Positions 1 to 7,251 of a stretch of 28,658 nt of DNA are shown here, piece after piece. The DNA comes from a virus (taxonomy: Duplodnaviria > Caudoviricetes). The notes below the pieces were generated by a model that saw only the letters and a program-made list of their open reading frames with translations, had not been told where the DNA came from and did not search any database. Positions within the stretch are counted from its first letter, which is position 1. Each line of letters starts with the position of its first letter. The translations under genes were made by a program, and so were the position numbers. Location: positions 1 to 28,658 of IMG/VR virus record IMGVR_UViG_3300030372_001197. The stretch is one strand, 5' to 3'.

Positions 1-62
1 TGCCTCTTTGATAAATGCTGCAAGTGTTCTGGAATCTCTATGTTTCTTACTACTTTATGCAC
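1..62 (-). CDS. partial hypothetical protein (5' end; runs off the window)
   Basis: GTG at 62 overlaps the end of the RHH gene; frame stays open to the edge (MHKVVRNIEIPEHLQHLSKR...). Not in the ORF track. Confidence 0.4.
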   Translation of the reverse strand, partial: MHKVVRNIEIPEHLQHLSKR

Positions 63-282
63 CAATCTTATCCAGATCTAATTCAACATCTAAAACAACA
101 CTGCCGCTTTTTGTTGGGTTGCTATCAATCGCATAAATGCAAACTTTTAGGCAATACTCAACTATGCTTTGCATAGGAACATCCCTATCCAGGCTTACTT
201 GTTTTATTTTTTTTCTTAGTTCTGGCGTAACTCGCAAATTGACCTTGCCGCCCTGTTCTTCGTATTTATCAAACTCATTCAT
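55..282 (-). CDS. Arc/ribbon-helix-helix DNA-binding protein
   Basis: KVNLRVTPELRKKIKQVSLDRDVPMQSIVEYCL fits the beta-alpha-alpha RHH pattern. Start moved from 297 to ATG 282, which follows GGAGAG. Confidence 0.7.
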   Translation of the reverse strand: MNEFDKYEEQGGKVNLRVTPELRKKIKQVSLDRDVPMQSIVEYCLKVCIYAIDSNPTKSGSVVLDVELDLDKIGA

Positions 283-389
283 AATTAAACTCTCCATGTA
301 TAAATATAGTAGGTTTTTATAATATATAAAAGCCCCTTTTGTTGTTTATATTTTATAATTTTTAATGGGCCGTGCATAACTCTCCTAAG

Positions 390-1337
390 TTAACTCCCTA
401 CTGGTGCGGCCCTTCTTTTAACCCTTACTGTTTTTGCTCTATAAGTTCCGCCTGGATTGGCTGGAACTATTTTTTTAGGCGTTGGTTTTCTGGTTGATGT
501 TGGCAATGAGATCTCATATTCACCAACCTGGCCTTTTACATGATTTCCCATTTCAGTCATTAACAACAAATTTAATTCATCCCTTGCAGCTTCCATGTTT
601 TTAATAATCTCTTTTGTGGCCAGAAATTCATTTATGGTGTCCTCTACTTTAAGATCTAATTCTTTAACATCTTCTTTGCCATGTGGATCTTTGTAAATTT
701 TATGCACATCCTCTGGAACTTTAGGCGGCCAATAATCTTCTTCCTTAATCCTTCTTTCAAAATCATTAATCTTTTCAGCCAAAACAGCTGCAAATGTTGG
801 ATCTCTTTTAAATACATACACTCTAAAATCTGTTGATTGATATAGAACACTTACAACTCCCCAATCACAATTCATAACTTCCATCTGGCCTTGCATTTGT
901 ATTAGGCCTCGCCATTCCTCTAACTCAGCTGCTGGGTAATCCCTAGTAACTTTGTTCTCAATAACTCCTGGGCCGTTGAGCAGTACCTTGGTTGCTCCAG
1001 GAGTAAATATTCCCCACTCTGGATCATCTTGTATCACCAAGTTATTTGCCACGGCCCTTGCATCTAAAGAAGCCTGTAAATCTAATGTTGGATGGTTGTA
1101 TCTTGTTTTAACATCTACCTCTAATTCTTCCAGGCCAAGTAATTCAGCTGCACGCCTTATACATGGTTCTTCTAAAACATTACCCATTTCAGTAATTCTG
1201 TTGCCAGGCGTTCTAACACTTTCACCCTTCCTTGCCCTTATACAATTATCTAAAGTGGTAACATCCTTGGCCCAAATTCTTGGAAGCAAGCTGCATGAAG
1301 CATAGCCATCGTCTGTAATTTTTCCTACTGTTCCCAT
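390..1337 (-). CDS. YqaJ-like / lambda-exonuclease-family recombination nuclease
   Basis: Motifs GNVLE, ASLD, IENK and QMQGQM..W match the YqaJ viral recombinase nuclease pattern. Confidence 0.85.
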   Translation of the reverse strand: MGTVGKITDDGYASCSLLPRIWAKDVTTLDNCIRARKGESVRTPGNRITEMGNVLEEPCIRRAAELLGLEELEVDVKTRYNHPTLDLQASLDARAVANNLVIQDDPEWGIFTPGATKVLLNGPGVIENKVTRDYPAAELEEWRGLIQMQGQMEVMNCDWGVVSVLYQSTDFRVYVFKRDPTFAAVLAEKINDFERRIKEEDYWPPKVPEDVHKIYKDPHGKEDVKELDLKVEDTINEFLATKEIIKNMEAARDELNLLLMTEMGNHVKGQVGEYEISLPTSTRKPTPKKIVPANPGGTYRAKTVRVKRRAAPVGS

Positions 1338-1669
1338 TATCTTCTCCTTAATAATTCATCAACTTCTTCCACGGAATTACGGAGAGGTATTGGTTCTTTT
1401 TGATTTATAAGTTCCAAAAGGGTTAACCCATATTCATTGGTTACAGCTGAAATGAGATTCCTTTTAAATAGCACCTTCTGGGGTTTTCCCATAACATTTA
1501 ATGCTATACTTTTAGATCCTAACTTTTCTGTTTTGTCTGCCCTACCTGGAATATAGGCCTGTTGGATTGAATATATATTATGCGAAGTCTTTTTTACTTT
1601 ACATAAATTCTTTGAGGCTGTATCACCTATTCCTATAAGGTTTAATTCTGGCTGCTTAAAATGTCTCAT
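1337..1669 (-). CDS. hypothetical protein
   Basis: TAATG coupling to the exonuclease gene. AAGGAG upstream of ATG 1669 favours this start over GTG 1705. Confidence 0.65.
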   Translation of the reverse strand: MRHFKQPELNLIGIGDTASKNLCKVKKTSHNIYSIQQAYIPGRADKTEKLGSKSIALNVMGKPQKVLFKRNLISAVTNEYGLTLLELINQKEPIPLRNSVEEVDELLRRR

Positions 1670-1711
1670 GTTTATAAACTCCTTGTAAATATCAAAGGGG
1701 TACACCCAGTT

Positions 1712-2014
1712 TTAAGTGTTACCTTTATAGTGATATGGGTTGTTGTTTTCATCCGCATGGGCCTTTAAGTTCCAATTGGTGCAAGTGATTAAATAATCCA
1801 GATAAGTTTTCTGGCTGATAAAGGATGTTTTTTGATTGAGGGCCTTTTGCATTTTTTGGCCCAGCTGCATAAATTCTTTAGCAGCCATTTCATATTGATC
1901 TTTGTTCTCAGCTGGAATGGTAATTCTTTTTGCAGCTGGAACTTCCCTTCTGTATCCGTCTGTTTGTCTTGGCCCTGTATGGGTTCTAAATTTTGTTGAA
2001 TGTCCGTTGCTCAT
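1712..2014 (-). CDS. hypothetical protein
   Basis: 100-aa ORF directly downstream of a predicted promoter. Confidence 0.65.
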   Translation of the reverse strand: MSNGHSTKFRTHTGPRQTDGYRREVPAAKRITIPAENKDQYEMAAKEFMQLGQKMQKALNQKTSFISQKTYLDYLITCTNWNLKAHADENNNPYHYKGNT

Positions 2015-2025
2015 ATATTTGTATA

Positions 2026-2054
2026 TTTATATTTAAAAAAAATTATTCAGTCAA
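2026..2054 (-). promoter_or_regulatory. sigma70-like promoter TTGACT-N17-TATAAA
   Basis: -35 at 2054-2049 and -10 at 2031-2026, 11 nt before ATG 2014 (very short leader). Confidence 0.6.
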
Positions 2055-2094
2055 TCATTGTTTAAAAAAAAGTAGCATTATTAGTTATTAAAAA

Positions 2095-2146
2095 TATATA
2101 TACTTTTTATATATACTTTTTATATATACTTTTTATATATACTTTA
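2095..2146. repeat. 13-bp tandem repeat TATATATACTTTT, three full copies plus one partial
   Basis: C residues recur at 2103, 2116, 2129 and 2142 in an intergenic AT-rich stretch. Confidence 0.9.
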
Positions 2147-2179
2147 TATATATATTTTGTAGATGTATTTTTTTTATAG

Positions 2180-2698
2180 TTATTGTTTAACATTTAATTC
2201 TTCCAAAATGTTTAAAATGTTTTCTAATTCACCCTCGCCATAGGCTGGGAATTTCATAAATTTTGCATCCACAACCGCTGCTAAACCTTTCATTAATTGT
2301 TCATTCAAATTTTGATCGAAAAAGCCCACTTTGGTACTCATATCTATCAAGGCCTTAGCGTGCCTAGTAGCATGGATACTTATTCCACTTATTAATCTAT
2401 CTGTTGCTTGATAGCGTGCAATTCTTTTATCTAATCTATCAACTTTTTGCTTAACAAAACCAAGTTCAATGGCAGATGCAACTAATTTGCCTATTTGCTG
2501 TGCATCTAAACCTAAGTCATAAATAAGTTCTGTTTGTGTTGGATGATAGCAATTTTCACCATGAATAAAAATGTGATAACAGACCAACTCCATGCGAGGA
2601 TCATTAATGAAATGTTTGTTAAATTTTTTCAGTCTTATGCTTTCTTTATGTGCGGCCCTAAAATATTCTGCAAATGCCAATAAAAATTTCTTATCCAT
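2180..2698 (-). CDS. winged helix-turn-helix (MarR-like) DNA-binding protein
   Basis: PTQTELIYDLGLDAQQIGKLVASAIELGFVKQKVDRLDKRIARYQAT has an HTH followed by a DxR-type wing; GGAG RBS. Confidence 0.7.
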   Translation of the reverse strand: MDKKFLLAFAEYFRAAHKESIRLKKFNKHFINDPRMELVCYHIFIHGENCYHPTQTELIYDLGLDAQQIGKLVASAIELGFVKQKVDRLDKRIARYQATDRLISGISIHATRHAKALIDMSTKVGFFDQNLNEQLMKGLAAVVDAKFMKFPAYGEGELENILNILEELNVKQ

Positions 2699-2707
2699 TA
2701 TTTTCTC

Positions 2708-3400
2708 CTATAAAAATTTCGATCTATCTAAAATGTTTTTAACTGTGGTTGCATGAAACTGGCCACCCTTAGCAGTCTTTACGCCCCTGGCATTTAGCAT
2801 CTTGGCTATCGCCATCAAAGTTTTATGGCCCAGGGCCTGGATCTCACGGATCTCTGGAATCACTTGCCTGGCATAATCGTCTGCAATAGATCTATTGGCC
2901 GCATGAGCAACGCCTAAGCCCTTCATAGGATCTGGAGATCCTAACTGTACGCCTTGATCCTTTAACTCCTGGAGCCTGGCCTTGGTCTTGGCCCTAACAT
3001 CTTTTCTTATGTTGGCTGATATGCTGGCCAGTGTTGGTATGTCCAGAGGCATCAAAAAGATTTCTCCGTTGGGCCTGGTTACTCCATACAGCTTATGTTT
3101 TAGGCCAGATACCTCAGCAAGAAAATGTATACTTTGGGCCAGGGTTCCTAGATCTGGAATGATAAGATCTGCGTTCCTATCATTACATAAAGCAACCGCC
3201 CTTCTTAGTTCTGGTTTATCTTTTGGTTTTTTGCTGGGTTTATCTATAAACATATCTAGGCAAGTAGCTTGATTGTGTTTGGGTAGATTTAATAGATCTG
3301 CGGCCAGCTGCCGTGTTTTTACTTTTTTGTTTGGTAAGTAAACAACCACCCTTCTTCTTAATTTTATGAGATTAGAAGTCTCTCTTAAAATATTTTCCAT
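2708..3400 (-). CDS. serine recombinase family protein (resolvase + recombinase domain), catalytic residues degenerate
   Basis: PELRRAVALC, helix-E region KTKARLQELKDQGVQLGSP and C-terminal LMAIAKMLNARGVKTAKGGQFHATTVKNIL are typical. The YxRxS and DRLxR motifs are replaced. Confidence 0.85.
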   Translation of the reverse strand: MENILRETSNLIKLRRRVVVYLPNKKVKTRQLAADLLNLPKHNQATCLDMFIDKPSKKPKDKPELRRAVALCNDRNADLIIPDLGTLAQSIHFLAEVSGLKHKLYGVTRPNGEIFLMPLDIPTLASISANIRKDVRAKTKARLQELKDQGVQLGSPDPMKGLGVAHAANRSIADDYARQVIPEIREIQALGHKTLMAIAKMLNARGVKTAKGGQFHATTVKNILDRSKFL

Positions 3401-3427
3401 TGATATTTAACTCCTATAAATAACAAA

Positions 3428-3456
3428 GTTATATGTATATTTATATATATTTGTAA
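3428..3456 (-). promoter_or_regulatory. possible sigma70-like promoter TTACAA-N17-TATAAC for the recombinase-like/wHTH genes
   Basis: Hexamers at 3456-3451 and 3433-3428, followed by an AGGAG RBS. AT-rich context lowers specificity. Confidence 0.45.
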
Positions 3457-3494
3457 GTAACAACCTTACTATGATTTGAATAAAAAGTACAAAA

Positions 3495-3548
3495 TAACGA
3501 AAACTGGAGCCAGCCCAGCTGCTAGTTGCAGCTGAACTAAACCCCAGT
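3495..3548 (-). terminator. intrinsic terminator
   Basis: Minus-strand RNA ACUGGGGUUUAGUUCAGCUGC-AACUA-GCAGCUGGGCUGGCUCCAGU forms a long stem with G-U pairs and runs into a U-rich tail (UUUUCGUUAUUUU). Confidence 0.8.
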
Positions 3549-3553
3549 CAATA

Positions 3554-3700
3554 CTACTTAACATTGCGTTGATCGTAGTGTAATCGCATGGACATAGGTA
3601 TATGTCTCCAGATCCTAATTCTCCTTCTGTGAGCCATATAAGCATCAAATATGTATTTGATAGGTATAAGTATTAGGCCAAAAAATATTAATATTTCCAT
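3554..3700 (-). CDS. small membrane protein, 48 aa (not in ORF track)
   Basis: MEILIFFGLILIPIKYIFDAYMAHRRRIRIWRHIPMSMRLHYDQRNVK; TAATG-coupled start, hydrophobic N-terminus then a basic tail, stop just before the terminator. Confidence 0.7.
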   Translation of the reverse strand: MEILIFFGLILIPIKYIFDAYMAHRRRIRIWRHIPMSMRLHYDQRNVK

Positions 3701-4077
3701 TATGCTACCCCCTTTAATTTTGCTCTGTGCATCTTTGCACCTAAGTTTCTTGCATCCTTCCTATTCTTGTTCTGGTCAAATGGTGCTAAGGATCCAAACC
3801 AAACCTCAACAATGGCCTTTCTCAATGACACTGAATCATAAGGAGTGTCATTAGTTAATAGTTCAATGTGAGTGTGCTTAAAAATAAAAGTTGTTTGTAA
3901 ATGCCAGCTTTCGTCTTTAAGTTTCCAGGTGCAATTTCTGTTGCCATAAATATGGCACCATCCATGGCCCCAGATCTTTTGCGGATCTAAATGTTTTTCA
4001 GACCAATAAGACCAGGATTCATAATCACTGGCCTTCTCGTCTAACAAATAGTTTTCTGGTGATACTTCGTATTCCAT
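3700..4077 (-). CDS. hypothetical protein (Trp/His-rich)
   Basis: 125-aa ORF, TAATG-coupled at both ends. Confidence 0.75.
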   Translation of the reverse strand: MEYEVSPENYLLDEKASDYESWSYWSEKHLDPQKIWGHGWCHIYGNRNCTWKLKDESWHLQTTFIFKHTHIELLTNDTPYDSVSLRKAIVEVWFGSLAPFDQNKNRKDARNLGAKMHRAKLKGVA

Positions 4078-4280
4078 TATGCTTCCCCCCTAAACCGCAA
4101 CTCATTGTAATGAGCAATATTGGTATTTGCTTTCATTAGTCTTGCAACTAATTTTTTTGTAATTGGGTTTTCATCCCAGACTTTTTTAAATTCTGGATTA
4201 TCTTTTCTCAGCTGAGTTAAAAGACTATTTACAATTCTTACCTCATCTGGATTTAAGTGAACATTAATTCCCATACTCAT
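4077..4280 (-). CDS. hypothetical protein
   Basis: 67-aa ORF, TAATG-coupled at both ends. Confidence 0.7.
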   Translation of the reverse strand: MSMGINVHLNPDEVRIVNSLLTQLRKDNPEFKKVWDENPITKKLVARLMKANTNIAHYNELRFRGEA

Positions 4281-4516
4281 TATGCTACCCCCAACTCTTG
4301 GCCAAGTTCTGTCAGCGTTTCACTGCGATCTTTAGCTTCGTAGGTGTAATGCCAAATCTCTTGAAACATTGGAATTACATTTTTGCTTCCTATTCCCATA
4401 CAGATAATTTCACCTTTAAGCTGTTTAAATTTTGCAGCATTAAAAGGCTCGTTAAGTATTAAGCTGTCTAAAAGATTGTGTATTCTTTTTACGGCCCTTT
4501 TTTCAACTTTATTCAT
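4280..4516 (-). CDS. hypothetical protein
   Basis: 78-aa ORF with a GGGAG RBS; first gene after the predicted promoter. Confidence 0.7.
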   Translation of the reverse strand: MNKVEKRAVKRIHNLLDSLILNEPFNAAKFKQLKGEIICMGIGSKNVIPMFQEIWHYTYEAKDRSETLTELGQELGVA

Positions 4517-4541
4517 GTTAAGTTTCTCCCAAGGTTTCCCT

Positions 4542-4580
4542 TATTTATAAATAACATACCCCCTATGTTATATATAAATA
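4542..4580. repeat. 17-bp inverted repeat (1 mismatch) around CCCCC
   Basis: TATTTATAAATAACATA-CCCCC-TATGTTATATATAAATA. Confidence 0.8.
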
Positions 4581-4593
4581 TATAGATATGCAA
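4565..4593 (-). promoter_or_regulatory. sigma70-like promoter TTGCAT-N17-TAACAT
   Basis: -35 at 4593-4588 and -10 at 4570-4565, upstream of the small-ORF cassette. Confidence 0.55.
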
Positions 4594-4619
4594 ACATAGT
4601 TTGTTATTTATAAATTAGA

Positions 4620-4668
4620 TTACGAATTATTTTGCTCTACCAGGAGCAGAAATCTACATTATTCGTAA
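4620..4668. promoter_or_regulatory. spaced inverted-repeat site A (TTACGA-N37-TCGTAA)
   Basis: Same arms and identical spacing as the site at 26279-26327; function unknown. Confidence 0.6.
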
Positions 4669-5109
4669 TTAATCCAGGAGATTATCTAATACTGGCATCT
4701 GTGAAAGTGAGCCTAAAGTGTCCTGGAGTGAGTTTAATTCCATACCATCAACAATGTTTGATTCTTGATATATGAAATATTTTTGGCTGCTTAAATTTGG
4801 GATAAAAAGGATTCTTTTTTCTGGGAAGAATACAAAAGCATAAATTTCACAATGATAATTTTTATGTGTATCAGATTTCTGCCTATGGTTCTCGCATGGG
4901 AATGTGTACTTGCCCTCTTTTGATCTATTCCTGGATTTAACTTGCACCTTATATAAGGCATTACCAAATTCAACGATAAGATCTGCTGGATGTGATTCGC
5001 AAGTTTCATAGCAAAAATCTGAGTATTCAAGCAAACATGATTTAACTAACGATTCCCCCAGGGATCCTAATCGTTTGGCGTTATGGTTTTCTTGGTTAGA
5101 TTTTGACAT
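4669..5109 (-). CDS. PD-(D/E)XK endonuclease, free-standing
   Basis: GSLGESLV...HPADLIV...YKVQVKS pattern; overlaps the 3' end of the lysozyme gene. Confidence 0.8.
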   Translation of the reverse strand: MSKSNQENHNAKRLGSLGESLVKSCLLEYSDFCYETCESHPADLIVEFGNALYKVQVKSRNRSKEGKYTFPCENHRQKSDTHKNYHCEIYAFVFFPEKRILFIPNLSSQKYFIYQESNIVDGMELNSLQDTLGSLSQMPVLDNLLD

Positions 5110-5534
5110 TTAGCTAATTCTTCAGAGTTGAAGATTGCCCTTCTCCCTACTTGCTTAGCATACTTAGAATTTAATAATTCAGCAGCAGCTTTTTCCCATT
5201 CACCTAACTCACAAAATGCTAGTGTTTTTCTAAAAGATAATAATGTATGGATGCCAAGGTTAAAGCACAGATCTATAAAAACATATTGGGCCTTTAATGG
5301 GTAAGATCTCCATATTTCTAAATGCTTATCGAGATCTTTAAACACAGATTCAATATCATTGTTTAATAAATACATGGCCTCATCTTCTGTTATGCCCCTG
5401 GTGTCCAGGTTGCGGCCAATGCCTATTGATGTGTAGCCAGCTGAACACTCGTATGCCTGGAGAACCACACCTTCAAAATCTTTAAGCCTGGATCTTATAA
5501 GGCATCTATCAAAATGCTTATCTTCTTTGTGCAT
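5067..5534 (-). CDS. endolysin, T4-lysozyme-like (GH24)
   Basis: FEG....YECSAGYTSIGIGRNL and DLCFNLG...WEKAAAELLNSKYAKQVGRRA. Confidence 0.9.
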   Translation of the reverse strand: MHKEDKHFDRCLIRSRLKDFEGVVLQAYECSAGYTSIGIGRNLDTRGITEDEAMYLLNNDIESVFKDLDKHLEIWRSYPLKAQYVFIDLCFNLGIHTLLSFRKTLAFCELGEWEKAAAELLNSKYAKQVGRRAIFNSEELAKCQNLTKKTITPND

Positions 5535-6013
5535 TATTTATCCTCGGCCTTATTGCTAGCCCCAAAATAAAAACTAATAACAGCTGAGGCGATTCCAGAG
5601 AAATAACCCAGGATTAAATTAACCACATCATCCGCATTTTCATTAACTGGGTAGATAGTGATTAAAAAGATGTAACCCATAAAACCAAGAACAGTTATGG
5701 ATCCTAAAAATCTAGGTGTCCAATCTTTAGAAAAAGCAGATCTAGCATTTTGTATATCCTGTGTTTCCAGGGCAAAAACATCTACATCCATTTGCTTCAT
5801 TTGGGCCTCAAATTCCATTTCTGCATTTTTTAAGGCCAACAATTGTTCTGGGCTTGCATTGTGTATGGCTTGTTCTATTTTTTTTGGTGATGGATCGCAG
5901 CCTAAAACTTCTGCAACTAAATTGGCGGCCATGCCACCTACTGGCCCGCCTAATGCAGATCCTAAAGTTGGGGCCAGAGATCCAACAATGTTTTTAATTT
6001 TATTAAATTTCAT
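5534..6013 (-). CDS. holin-like membrane protein
   Basis: N-terminal APTLGSALGGPVGG, a coiled region, then two C-terminal TM segments ending FYFGAS; adjacent to the endolysin. Confidence 0.75.
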   Translation of the reverse strand: MKFNKIKNIVGSLAPTLGSALGGPVGGMAANLVAEVLGCDPSPKKIEQAIHNASPEQLLALKNAEMEFEAQMKQMDVDVFALETQDIQNARSAFSKDWTPRFLGSITVLGFMGYIFLITIYPVNENADDVVNLILGYFSGIASAVISFYFGASNKAEDK

Positions 6014-6228
6014 TAATAATTTATCCTTATTAAAATAGTTATGATTAAGCTAAATAGCGATAATCCTATAGTTGTTACCCCACCTATCAGCCACCATTGC
6101 ATTTTAGTAATGGCAGCTTCTAGTTTGTCCAGCTGCTTAAAATTAGTTTTCCAGCGTTCAGCACATTCTTTTTCATGTACCAAAAGTTCAGTATGAACTG
6201 TTGCAGCTGTGGGTTTAGGGTTAGGCAT
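6013..6228 (-). CDS. XhlA-like lysis-associated membrane protein
   Basis: HEKECAERW coiled coil followed by a single C-terminal TM helix. Confidence 0.65.
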   Translation of the reverse strand: MPNPKPTAATVHTELLVHEKECAERWKTNFKQLDKLEAAITKMQWWLIGGVTTIGLSLFSLIITILIRINY

Positions 6229-6335
6229 TAGAACTTTAAGAATTGTTTAATCTTGGCCCAACGATCTGGTTGAAATTTGCGGATTGAAAATCCTAGAAAT
6301 AAAACAAAAATTATACTAATAATAAGTAAATCCAT
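6228..6335 (-). CDS. small membrane peptide, 35 aa (not in ORF track)
   Basis: MDLLIISIIFVLFLGFSIRKFQPDRWAKIKQFLKF; fills the gap exactly, GAGG upstream, TAATG-coupled to the next gene. Confidence 0.7.
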   Translation of the reverse strand: MDLLIISIIFVLFLGFSIRKFQPDRWAKIKQFLKF

Positions 6336-6337
6336 AA

Positions 6338-6607
6338 TTATTTTTCCTCTGGTTTAGCAGCTTCGGCTTCATTGCCAGCTGCAATAAAATCATCTAAGCG
6401 ATATTGCTTATCCCTGTTTACCCTGGCAAATTCAGTTTCTAAATCTACAAGGGCTTTAGAAATAGGCTCTAATTCTCTAATCAGCTGCAATTGATGTTCT
6501 GTGCACTCTGATTGTTTCCAGGATCTAACATTGCCCTCTCCATCTTCAATGTTAATTACCACTGGATCCTCTACCACTTCTTCTGTTTTTTTATTTTTAT
6601 CGTTCAT
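6338..6607 (-). CDS. hypothetical acidic coiled-coil protein
   Basis: 89-aa ORF with an AAGGGAG RBS. Confidence 0.7.
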   Translation of the reverse strand: MNDKNKKTEEVVEDPVVINIEDGEGNVRSWKQSECTEHQLQLIRELEPISKALVDLETEFARVNRDKQYRLDDFIAAGNEAEAAKPEEK

Positions 6608-6645
6608 AAGTATTAATACTCCCTTTTGTTATTTATAAAATTAAA

Positions 6646-7227
6646 TTATACAGAATTATCTGGAGATTGTGGCCATTCACCCAAGGGCCTTACTTGCGGC
6701 TTTGCATCGTTGTATTGATACAAGGATTCTAATTCTTCAACTGAATTGCATAGATCTATTTTGCCTTGCATATCTTCAGCTGTTGCTCTTACTTCAGATC
6801 TATATGTGCTCCAGGCCTCTGGTATTTCAGTGCCAGCTTCTTGGTTCCTTATTACATACCAATCATTAGGCTCTAATAAACCATAAGCTTGTCTTTTAAT
6901 AACTTCTTTATGATTCCATTTAAGGCCATGTGTAATATGGCCAGTCTCTGGATCAGTTGTATCGTCTAATCCTTTAGGCGTTGCTTCGCCATAACTTGCA
7001 GTAACCGCAGAACCATTCCAGTCAAAAGATTGATCGGTGTTAATGTAATAAGAAGGATTTTTAAAGTTGCTATTATCTATAACCACCTCATATATACCTA
7101 TTGCTTCAAGTTCTTCACTTGACCAAATCATAAAGATATTTTGCGGATATTGAATATCCCCAATAGTTAATGATTTTGGTTTTGTTAAAACCTTACTAAT
7201 TTCATCGTTTTCTATTAAAGCCCACAT
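6646..7227 (-). CDS. tail fibre assembly chaperone-like protein
   Basis: LLEPNDWYVIR...W..YR..VR and terminal WP pattern; follows the fibre genes. Confidence 0.65.
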   Translation of the reverse strand: MWALIENDEISKVLTKPKSLTIGDIQYPQNIFMIWSSEELEAIGIYEVVIDNSNFKNPSYYINTDQSFDWNGSAVTASYGEATPKGLDDTTDPETGHITHGLKWNHKEVIKRQAYGLLEPNDWYVIRNQEAGTEIPEAWSTYRSEVRATAEDMQGKIDLCNSVEELESLYQYNDAKPQVRPLGEWPQSPDNSV

Positions 7228-7251
7228 ATTTTTTTCCTCAATTAAATTAAT

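Noticed and set aside
3495-3548. tRNA or other structured ncRNA
   Set aside because: A single hairpin plus U-tract right after a stop codon fits a terminator; no cloverleaf was seen in any intergenic gap.
2095-4292. CRISPR-like array
   Set aside because: The 13-mers have no spacers, and the 15-nt junctions are separated by whole genes of unequal length.
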